Source: Azolla caroliniana | Taxonomy: Eukaryota > Plantae > Polypodiophyta | Assembly: GCA_043228905.1 (NCBI GenBank) | Contig: JBHGNT010000001.1 | Span: 9,982,001-10,046,000, forward strand | Direction of reading: 5' to 3' | Length of the DNA stretch: 64,000 bases | Shown: piece by piece, positions 1 to 12,194 of the stretch | Numbering within the stretch: position 1 is the stretch's first letter | Layout of the letters: every line of letters begins with the position of its first letter | Program-made: the position numbers and the translations under genes | Notes under the pieces: generated by a model | Seen by the model: the letters and a program-made list of their open reading frames with translations, nothing else | Database searches by the model: none | What the model was told of the DNA's origin: nothing

Positions 1-1164
<1,164 letters not shown>

Positions 1165-2180
1165 GATGCTCTTGGATAATATATAAATTGCAGGAAGATG
1201 AAGCACAAGCTAAGATTATTATTAAATATTATGGGGCTGAAATAAAAGTTAAGATATATATAGTCTTATTGTGAGTTTCCTTAATTTTTGATGTTTATGT
1301 TTTTGAGATCACTGTATATCTTAGCAGTTGGAGACTCCGAAATGGTTGAATTAAATTTCAAAATAATTCTCGAAAAGAAAATGTAAGGTAATTTATATAA
1401 TTGGTCTTTTGCTATTCCATGCCTAATTTGAAGGGAAACGTGTGATTAATTAAAGATGAACCATTCCAGGCTATCTAAATTCAATGCAAATCAAAATGCA
1501 TGCAATCATGTAAAGTCATAAAATGTGTGGTTACTATGAATAATTCCAAAATCTTGTAGGTTCTATTACTCATATATTGATCATTCCAAGTTTTTCAACC
1601 AAAGTCTAATTTTAAACATTTGACAGTATATGATACCATCACTTCATCACTTATTTGAGAAATAGTAGAACATGATGGTGGCATTATGGGATTTAGTAGC
1701 CTACTTTCAAGGCTGATGCCCGAAAGATTCTCCGAGTATATTCTTCATACCCCATCCCATGCTTACCAAAGCAAGTTTTGTGCAAGTATTCCATAGACAA
1801 GTTCATTTTTTAACATTACAATAAACTCATTCAATTATTCTGCCGGAAATCCAGATTATTGGTATCCTTTCTGTTTTGCTTTTTTTTTTTCACAAATGTA
1901 TGTTTGTTATTAAAACAAGAGGATGATACAACTGTTGCTATCTCCACTACTTCATTAGTAGCATTACAGCAAGGTAAACCCTCTCAAATGTTGTAATACT
2001 AGATGGTATAACTCTACCTCATCTTGGGACAACATCCCCATTTAACATAGTTGTGAAAATTGTTAAATCAACTTCCCTTTCATCCTACGGAGTTATTGTG
2101 TAGCCCCAAGAAGTCCAACAAACAAGAACCCATTTTCTTATGGTCCAATTAAACCTATGTGTGGCATCTTCATCAACTAC

Positions 2181-2215
<35 letters not shown>

Positions 2216-2918
2216 GTAATTAGCTTACCCCATTGGTAAGTTGTTACACTACAAGCCATTATGTCTTGGGTTCGAAACTTGATTTTACTCACCTCTCTAT
2301 TATATACTTCATACATATCTCTTAATTCACTAGATGCCACTGTTGAATGTAGGGGTTGAACCCATGACCACTTGGTCTTCATTGTTTCTCTCTCTCTAAT
2401 GCTAGAAGTCAACCCCGGGATACACAAATGGGCTCCAGGCCAGGATATAACAAAGGGGTTACAATTGATCGAGCAATGGCAATTTGTCGTGCACGTAACC
2501 ACGACCTCGACACCCTTATCATCGACAGATAAAAGACATTATCTCCCGCCATCGTAAGTGCTTCCCTTGCTTCAGAGACATTTCCATTCTGGATCGACCT
2601 ATGCTAGAGATCTTTCGAAGACAAAAGCGACAATATACCTAACTTGAGGATGTCACATGTGCCAAAAACGAGATTCCCTCATTTCTTTTCTTTTCATGTT
2701 ATTTACTTTTATATTTACTGTGTAATATTTATTTTATTTTGATTTGTTCTCAAAGACGAGACAACAGTTAAGATGTAATCTCTTATTTGGCCTTATAGGC
2801 CATTTTGGCCTCTTAACTTCTTTCTCTCTCTCTCTCTCTCTCTCATTTCATTCAACAAACATCATAGAACCCATGATAAGCCTTGAAATGATAGATGGAT
2901 ATTATGAACATTGAGAAA

Positions 2919-3005
2919 ATACTTTGCAATTTGATAACCTCAAATAAGGAGAACTTGGATACATACTTTGCAATTTGATAACCTCAAATAAAGAGAACTT
3001 GGATA
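2919..3005. repeat. Direct tandem duplication, 44-bp period, 2 copies
   Basis: ATACTTTGCAATTTGATAACCTCAAATAA(G/A)GAGAACTTGGATA occurs at 2919 and 2963. Confidence 0.85.
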
Positions 3006-3740
3006 TAGTGATTAATGACATACACCAATGAATCATTCTCCTTAATAAAGACAATGGACACCTTCAAGTTGAATACAACACAAAAAACCCTTGTTATCCC
3101 TATAATTGTGAGAATCTAATTGCAAGGTAGCCCTCTAAGGTGTTGTAAGACTCAATTCACATAAAAATAATATGTTTCACATATCAACGGTGAATCATAC
3201 TAATAAAAATTGAGCACTATTGACATCATGTTACCATGAAATTCAATCCTTGTTTTACCATGGTAACAAATGTCTAGGTGTGAGTAATCATCTATCAAGG
3301 ATTATATATGATATAATAGGATGTTTTCAAAGGCTTTGGACACATACATGGCCCTTAAAATCCTATCGTTGTCCACCACCATGTTCTAAGGATTATTTTC
3401 ATTTCCACAAACATCGCATGCTCTTTCAAAAAAATGGTTATCATATCGACACTATAACATCAGTTGGAGGCCACATTAGAACATGCTCAATTGATTGTCT
3501 AGCCACTACAAGCAAGTTACTATCCGCTCTGGGCTTAATGCTATGCTCGAGTGCGTGCAACTTTTGTCAAGGATTCATTGCCATTGCTGGACTATGAGGT
3601 GTTCCATATCAAGCCGTGAGAGCCGCTATTGGCATCGAGAGCCAATCGTGTGGGATGTGAGTGAGCACCACATCATTGACGTAATGGTTGCCGTGGTATT
3701 AGAGGGTTGTAAGCAGTCGCACGGAAGTGACAAAGATGCG

Positions 3741-3968
3741 ATACATACATACATAAGCATACATACATACATACATACATTACATACATATTACATACAT
3801 ATATACGATACATACGCATACATACATACAATACATACATACATACAATACATAAATACATACATACATACATACATACATACTGATACAATACATACAT
3901 ACAATACATAAATACATACATACATACATACATACTGATACAATACATACATACAATACATAAATACA
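3741..3968. repeat. Imperfect (TACA)n microsatellite array
   Basis: About 230 bp of ATAC/TACA units with interruptions, ending about 65 bp upstream of the ATG at 4033. Confidence 0.95.
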
Positions 3969-4032
3969 GTGTCTTGGTGTGCAGAACGAACGAAGGAACG
4001 TGTGGTTCACAAATGCGAGGTTTGCTCCAGCG

Positions 4033-7000
4033 ATGGCTGTTCTATCATCGCCTCTCCTGCCCAATCACTCCACGACCTCTTCCTTCTCCAGGAGCCACCA
4101 CCTTCTCTTCCTCTGCACAACGCCTCATGGATCCTTCTCAGAGCGTCCGAGGATGAGGATGAGGATGAGGATGAAGAATGTAGTGTTTGCCAGCGATCGC
4201 GACAACGAAACTCCCTCCTCCTCTGATGCAAATTCGGTAGGCTCTCTCTCCCTCTCTTTGCCTCTGTGTTTGGGTAGCCGGGAAATTGTAGAATGTATGG
4301 ATGGTTTAGGGTTTGAGACATCAATGCTTCGAAAAGAAAAACAAAGAAAAGAAAACTTGCTTACCAATCCCTTTGTAGAATGTAACGGTGTCCTTGTAGA
4401 TCTATTAGAATTGGATTCTTGCCTCTTGCTTCGCCATATGAAAGTCCCTCCTCTGAAGCTAAAGTTGTATGAAGGAGGGTTTTGTGAATGGTTAGGACAT
4501 TGGCCCCCTTAATTCACTGATTCCCATAACCTCCTTCTTACATTCACCTGTTGGACATTAGAAATGGATTGAAAAATACTGGTAACGTTTTCTGTATTGG
4601 TTTATTGATAATTGATAGAAGTGGATATAATAGCATATGTCCCAAAAACCTCAGAATTTTAAGCTTGTTTATACATCTGGTATCTTATCGCTAGCAGTGA
4701 GTTTGGAAGCCCCTGTGAATGGGTTAGTGAAAATATTGCTTACCACTAGAGCAGAGTCTCAACAAGTGAGAAAAGGGAGACAAATGGAAGTTTGGAGTTG
4801 TCCATGACATGCCTTGAAGCTATATGGGACCAGAAGTTGATATAGAAATACGTTTCACTTTGGCTAGGTGCACACTGTGTAAACATTAAACAAAAACGAA
4901 GTTAAGATTGTAAGTACTACAACGATGTTCTAATGCACATATTAAAGGTTAATTTGTTCTACCAGCTTTCTCATGTATCTTGCAATATGTATGTCTAGAA
5001 GTGTCTCATTGATTATTGTTAAAGCTGATTGTACTTCTTACAGATATCCTTAAAAAGCAATGATCAAAAAGAAGAGCTGGCTGCCAAAGTAAGCAATAGA
5101 TATTGCATCTTAAATTTTTCACAGGCATATTCTCGTTTTTAATCAGATTTCCTTACTTCGCAAAGGAAAAAGTGTTCACTCACAGTTTTGTCAGCTGGCA
5201 GCTGCTGAAGCTGAGGCTGCAGCCTTAAGAAAAGAATTAGCATCAAGGTCCAATAAGGATGTGGATTTGGCCAAACTGAAACCTGCTACTCCAGAGAAGA
5301 GAATTGATGGAACAGGCTTTAGAGAGACTTTGTTCACAGGGATGTCACAAAATTCTGGTAAGAACTTAAATCCTAGATTATGTGCATACAGGCATTAAAG
5401 GTGTTCCTTTCTTGCTTTAATTTGGAGGGTCTTGAAAGCCTAGAATTCAACAGGATGCTATGCTTATATAAATCACCCTTTCAGGGAAACAGGACAAACA
5501 ACCAAATTCATGGGGTCTTTCAGAGGCAGAACTTTTTCTTTCTAAAGGTGCTCCAACTGAATCTTCTTTAGGAGGTCGTGCTGTAGACGATAATACTGAT
5601 AGTATAGTCAGGCGTCGGCTACTTATAGGATTTGGCATAACTGTTGCAGCTGTTGGGCTCTCCTTTGTGAGTTTGTATATTCTTGCAATTGTTTTGGCAT
5701 CCTGGAAAGAGAAATTGCAGCAAGAGGCTACTTTGTGATCCAAAACTTATTATTTAACTATTTTCAAGGTGATCTAGTTGAAGATTCCACAAGGATTATT
5801 AAAGCCTTCAAAACCTCTCTTTTTTTACCTTGTACCAATCGTTCGTCTGCGTGAACAACTTAAGCTGATTGAGAAGACTAGCTCAGGTGAAGAAGCCTGC
5901 AAATATTTCTTAATTTTTCAATCTAGCACTAAAAACTGAAGCTATTTCGTTATTTCTAGATGCAAACACTGTCCGCAACCAGTTGCAACAGGCGTTGAAT
6001 CCAAATAATATCTCAAAAGATACATTTTTGAGGTAGGATCTCTTGATTTGAGCATTTAGAAGCAGACATTTTGAGTTATCAAAGTTTCTTCTAGGTTTAA
6101 CAGTGAATTTTGGGCAGTGCTGCAGGATGGCTTGAGGAACCAGCTGAAGCTGATAAAGCGGCCTCTTTAACATACATAATCTTTGATTATCTAAATCAGG
6201 TTGAACACTCAGAAAGTTATGTCTATTATGAGCGATCATATAATAGCTTCTGCTTATTCTTGTGCATTGTTTACAGGCAGATTACAAAAAGTATTTTGAC
6301 ACTCTAGGCACACCATCAGCAGCCCAACAGTATAATTCTTGTCTATCTTCTTTAAATACACATTTCCCCTGTTTTTTTCTGGTTAGTTTGCACGCAAACA
6401 TTATTTTGTGGTTAGAAAGGGAGCATGGAAATTCAAGTTCCTTTTGAAGTCTTTCTTAATGCCTTTCTTAATATGAACCATCAATCTCATATGAAACTAT
6501 CTATGGTAGTCCATAGTGCTTCTATAGGCCATGTTGCCATGTTAGTGATAGTGGTCCCCTATTGAGTCCTTCCATTGCTAGTGGAAGTTCTTAGTATATT
6601 GTCTTCAAAACTGTAGTCTATAGGAAGATGATATGCAATGTGACAACTGTTACAATGGTTTTTCTCTCACACGTGGAAAACAGGAGAGGGATCTCAGACT
6701 GAATGAAACTATAAAGATCAATGGGAAATGGAGCTCATGTGAAGGTGTGAAAAAATTTGATGCAGGCTGCTCTGTTGGTAGCAAACTTGAAGATTTGCAT
6801 GTAGATTATTATAAGTACACTTCAGGTTTTGCAGGTGTATGGAATATTGTACAGAAGATGCACACACAGAAGAGTTCAGTTTTAGGTTAGATGGTATTAT
6901 GCTACTTTTGCGGCAGATCCATCTGTCCTCTCCCTTTGTCGTTAAATGGGAACTCTTTTTTTGTCAGAACTGTCCAGCATATCAGATCTCTAAGATCCTA

Positions 7001-8693
7001 TTCCTATTTCATGATCAGTAGTATTAACATAGTCATGGCAGTTTCAACATGATTGTTTTTGTATTACATGAATGTAACCTGCATTCTAGACATGTGGGAG
7101 GCCTCTGATTATCCTTTATTATTCAGGTTGGAGTTCTTGAAGTTTAGCCTGCGTTCAGTACAGGTTCTCTCCCCCTCTCTTTACCTACTTCAACTCACAT
7201 AGAAAGGATAAATATAGTATAGTAGGTTAATGAGTGTAGGAAGTAGTAGCTTTGCATCTACAATATAAACAGACAGATTATTATTGAAATTGTATTATGT
7301 GTTGGATTTGCAATTTTATGTGTATTTAAATGAAGGCCAAAGCAGTTACAATTTTCTTTTGGCTGGTTTAGATACAATTCTATTGTTGAGGGCCAGGGAT
7401 GATTTATTTTTCTTTCTTAGGAAATCGTCACGTGGGTAAGTGTTGTACTAAGCAAGTTTCACAAAAGGGGTGCCAATTTGAAAGTCCTCCATCCTAACTT
7501 CTATCTTATCATATCACAAGATGGAAGGCTTCTGATTTGAATCCTAGTGACAATTGACCTAACTTCCACCTTCTCTTATTACAAAATGGATCATAGTGAC
7601 AATTGACCTACGTCCAGGACAGAGTTTGAGACTGCACTTTGGCCGCAATAGTTACTTGTGCATCACTAGAGGAGTCCCTAATAGTATTACTGAGGAAGAA
7701 ATCTGTCCAAGTTCTCAGTATAGGTGTATCTGTGAGTTTCTCCCTTTACCTATCATCCAGGAAGAACTCTGTCAAAATTCATTGTGTAGGTTGGATCTGT
7801 GAGTTTCTTCCTCTACCTAGAGCCCATTCCATTTGCATCCCAAATAATAAAACCATCTTTTATCAGTTTACTCCAATGTATGGAGAAGCCCAAATTCTTC
7901 TTTATTAAGATAATAATATCATTCCCCTGATCTTGCAAGAGACCAGGCAATAATATATGTAATGATACTTATATTTTGACCATCTGCAGACATGAAACAA
8001 GAGGATCTTTTAACTTAGCTACACTTTTGGACTTGTCTTAGTTCTTTCTGTGTCCACTTCGTTTTATCCTGGTAGAGAGACCTGGTGTTTAGTCTGCGTA
8101 CTTATCAAAATGTGATATGGAAGCAATAAAATATGCATCTAATGTTTTATTAATTTGTATATATGCATATGTAGATGCATTTTGTTGCCTGAAACTGCTG
8201 GCCTGATCATTTTAGCTGCCTGTTATGAAATTCCCAAAGCTTTCCATTGTTTCAGTGCACTATGAATTCACAAAGTACAAGAATTTTGATTGTCTCTTAT
8301 GGTATGGGATATGTAATGAATTGTTGGGTATTTGATTGGATGAAGTTTCACTTGAAAAAATGTCTTACTTGAATATGCATTTGTCCTGTACTCCCATATT
8401 ATCTTTATAGTTTTAGGTATTCATATAGGATAATATAATTTTGGATTCATGGCATGTGTATCCTGAATATATAAACCTTGTATTAACAGTCAGCTCGAGA
8501 GAATTTAGACTTATTCTTGGCACTAATGCCACAAGAGGCTTTGGCTGCAGCAAACAGCAATGTGGAGGTATGGAGAAAATTACTTTATTCACAAGGGTGA
8601 TACTTCTGGTTGAGTTGTTTGATTCTATGATAGCCATGAACATTGTGTGCATATTTGCAGAGTGTGGGGAGGACTAATGGAATGGACAAGTGA
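4033..8693 (+). CDS. Plastid-targeted (probably thylakoid) protein of unknown function, ~352 aa, 11 exons
   Basis: Exons 4033-4236, 5044-5088, 5195-5357, 5485-5666, 5778-5886, 5960-6032, 6118-6199, 6277-6329, 7127-7163, 8490-8567 and 8661-8693 are all GT-AG and sum to 1059 nt in frame. The product has a Ser/Arg-rich N-terminus (MAVLSSPLLPNHSTTSSFSRS...) like a transit peptide, a coiled coil (QKEELAAKLAAAEAEAAALRKEL), a hydrophobic segment after VRRRLL, and a helical C-terminal domain. Confidence 0.8.
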
Positions 8694-10222
8694 GGATCTT
8701 CATCTGAATGCTGAGACCCATGAAATTCCAATGTCTTTTATGAAACACATAACCCTACTATCATAATCCAGAAAAAATGTGGCACTTTTATTTAGTTGCT
8801 GGACAAATATGATCGATGATTGTTAACTCTGATTTAGCATTATTTGTTTATGTATAAATGATCCACTGGATAGTACGCAACTTACACGTACCTTGGAGGA
8901 AAGCATGTGATTGTGTCATATTGACATATGTAATGTTATCAGTCTGTACAATGCACTTCTGTAATAAAAAATCAATTCTTTAACTTGGCATGGCATCCTC
9001 GTCAATAATATATGCTGCCAGAAGGCTAAGGAAAATTTTGTGTTCCTTAGGAGAACATAGTTCATTATTATCCTAATTCAAAAGCAATGCTAATAGTGTA
9101 TTGTGTATTAACTTTGTTTAGCATTCTGTTGGGTTGTACAGGGATAACATTTTTACAAATCATTGTAGTCATATATCAAGCTATTTCTCTGAGTGATTGA
9201 TGCACTCATGCTTATTTTATCTAGGGTGTTACTTTATTGGAGTAGTTTCTCCCGCTTGATTCTCAATGAACTCGTGGTGCATCCTGCTGTTCATAGGTAT
9301 ACTAATTTAATTTGGGAGATACCAAATTGGGCACTCTTTCTTGGTATCTTGTAAGTCTTCCTTGAAGATGCATTGCCTAGTCTATTTGTACACTCTTTGT
9401 TGGTTCTTCCCTGTTTTTGTTTGTGTATAGTAATGCATGTCCATGCGCTTTTTACTTGTTGGATAAGTCATTTAGTGATCAAAAGTTTGATTGGTTGTAT
9501 CCCATGGCTCCTTTAAATTATGTACCTTAACTTGATGTAGTATTTGGTGGAAGGGGTAATTTGTGAATAAAGCACACTCACATATAATTACGTTTTTTGT
9601 GAGTTGTGTTGGAACTCTAGCAATTAGCTTAGTAAGAGGCTCGTCAGGTTAGAGCTTAATTACAATAAGAGAAGCTTAGATAATTACTTCATTATATTAA
9701 ACATGATGAGGTACAATACATATGATTACAGCGTATGCGATGAAAGTTTATGTCTATACAAGCTATAATCAAAAGCTAATTGGTGAGCCAAATGATGTGT
9801 ATGTTCCCATAATACTTTGCTAGTATGAAAAGATATAGGGTGGGTTTATAAGTGGGAGTCATTTGCAAGGCTAGTTCCCAACAACAAATTATCCCATGGG
9901 AATAAAAAAGAATAATCCATGGCATCTTGTATAAGGGATAATATTAGGATGGGAACATCTACAACACTTTAAAGAGTTATATTTGTGTGTGTTTCTAACT
10001 ATTGCAATACAAGGTGCCTAGTATGCAATACATTAATAAGTTCATTCCTTTTTTTAATGCATCTAGATGAGCATTAGAGTATACGACTTTTTCAAAAGCT
10101 AGTATCAATCCAGCTTCTTTCAATCCAATTTTGTCCCAAAATTAGAAAGGTGGTTAGTGTGTGTGTGTGGGGGGGGAGCTTAACAAATAAACAAACCCAA
10201 AAATAAAGAACAAGAATTGAGA

Positions 10223-10384
10223 GGCTAGAAAAGACGCAAGGAATTAAAATACAAAGGAATATTTGTCAATAAAAAGATATGAACTTGTGGCTCGTATTTC
10301 TCGGTGGTTTTATTGGCTAGAAAAGGTGCAAGGAATTAAAATACAAAGGAATATTTGTCAATAAAAAGATATGAACTTGTGGCT
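10223..10384. repeat. Direct duplication of ~70 bp, 92-bp period
   Basis: GGCTAGAAAAG..GCAAGGAATTAAAATACAAAGGAATATTTGTCAATAAAAAGATATGAACTTGTGGCT occurs at 10223 and 10315. Confidence 0.9.
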
Positions 10385-11088
10385 TGCGCCATGAGCTACT
10401 TAACCAATACATACATGAACCCCCTTAATTGTTGTTAATAAAACCAATCAGCCAATACATTAAACCTTCATTTTTATTTAGTTAACACAATTTTTATTTG
10501 AGAAAATAACTAGAATACCCCTAGCTTAGTATCAAATTACGAGCACAACCCCACGTTTTTTTTAAAATTACCCAAATTAGCACTAATGCGTACAGTTTTA
10601 ACAAGTTTAGCCTGTCCCGAGGATGTTAAATTATCTTCGACATCTCTCTCAAACCCTTTCTCTCCGAATCAATGGAGAGATTGAGAGAGAGAGGGAGAGA
10701 GAGAGAGGGAGGGAGAGAGTTTGAAGAGAGAAACAAAGGGGTATTTTTTTTCGAGGAGATTGTAAGTGATGACCAAGGGTGTACTTGTGGAATAAGTGTG
10801 TGTCATTTCGGAACGAGATATTATCCATAAGCTACACCTTATCCAAAAATAAAAAGTAAGTACAAAATAGATAGATAGATAGATAGATGTATGTATGTAT
10901 GTCGGCCAATGTCAAAGGCTCTCCTCTCCTTCTGGCTCTCGATCGTTCTTTGGTTTCAGCCTCACGATTACATATAACGTATACATGTGTGTGGTGTGTG
11001 TGTGTGTGTTTGTAATTTTGTAGTCTTTTTCTCTCGCCATGAAAATGTTGGATATTAATGTCTCAACCCAAAAAAAAGGGGAGGGGAT

Positions 11089-11558
11089 GACACGTGGCGA
11101 TGATTCCATGGTCTGCTTGCCAGCTGTCGAATTTGCATGGCGCAGAAAAGAGGAGAAAGTGAAAAGTCTGGAATAAATCTCAGCCACAAGAAAAAGGGAG
11201 AGCGAGAGAGAGAGAGAGTTTTTTTTTTTTTTAAAAACAGAAAAAAGGGAAGAAAATAATTTCCCTCCAAACTTCCTTTTTTGCTTCTTCTTTTTTTTTT
11301 TTAATTTCCTTTTTGAAAGAGAAAACAAAATTGCTTTTTTATTATTATTTCTTCGTGTTCTTCTACCCCCCTCCCCCTGTTTTTCTTTTGCCCCACAGAT
11401 TTTCTACCACGTGGCAAGGGCTTCGCTTCTTCTTTTTTTTGTTCTTGGCTACAAAAAAACACTAACAAAACAAATATAATGAAAAATGTAAAAAGAAAAT
11501 TCCTCCTGGCCACACACACGCGCAAAAACACACAAAAGGAACCCCACCACAAATATCT
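11089..11558 (+). promoter_or_regulatory. Putative promoter elements of the LHY/CCA1-like gene: two G-boxes and an evening-element core
   Basis: CACGTG at 11091-11096 (GACACGTGG) and 11408-11413 (CCACGTGGC), AAATATCT at 11551-11558, then a (CT)n/pyrimidine patch at about 11588-11700. Confidence 0.55.
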
Positions 11559-11953
11559 AGAAGAAAAATGGTTTTAAGGATTTTTTGCTCTCTCTCTCTC
11601 TCTCTCTCTGTGTCTTGGCTGTATGTATGTATGTATATCTTCTCTCACCACACTCTGTTTCCTTCTTCTTTCCTCTCCTCTCCTCTCCTCTTCTTCTTCT
11701 CAATCACAGAACTTTACACCCCTGTTTCTCACCTCCCCTCTATTCCTAAGGAAGTTTCCGGTTTGAGGCTCCATGTTCAGACTTCCAAACCCTAAACCTT
11801 ATTCCAAGCCCTATCCCTAACCTTATCCCCCCCCCTAGCCCTTATACTAACCCTAACTCCATCCCCCCCCCCCCCCCCCCCCTGCCCCCCTGCCCCTTAC
11901 CCCTAACTGTACAACCAGTTTGTACTCAGATTCTCTTTTCCTTCCATACCGAA

Positions 11954-12115
11954 ATGCTCCTCTCTGGGAGCATTTCTTCTGGACACAACATTTACTCCCC
12001 GCGAGTGAAGCTCTGCAAATTCACTGCCGATTTCGATCCCGCAAGCCCGTCTCCATCGCTTGGATCGATCTCTACAATGGCGTTATCGAGCTTCGAATCA
12101 TCGCGGTTTCTTTAG
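11954..12115 (+). other. Candidate upstream ORF (53 aa) in the LHY-like leader
   Basis: ATG at 11954 (context GAAATGC) to TAG at 12113-12115, encoding MLLSGSISSGHNIYSPRVKLCKFTADFDPASPSPSLGSISTMALSSFESSRFL. It ends about 80 nt before the main ATG. Confidence 0.45.
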
Positions 12116-12194
12116 TCGGAAAAGAAAAGGCACCTTTTTTGCAATCAAAAGTTGCTCTATATCTCTCACAGAAATTAGCTCCCCTGTTATCAAT

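Noticed and set aside
3222-3274. Small inverted repeat TGTTACCATG...CATGGTAACA
   Set aside because: It is too short for a pre-miRNA and has no TSD, so it is plausible by chance.
3495-4064. ORFs rich in YIHT or MYVC
   Set aside because: These are translations of the (TACA)n microsatellite.
10500-10760. Possible MITE bounded by AATACCCCT / AGGGGTATT
   Set aside because: Only a 9-bp inverted match, with no convincing extension or TSD.
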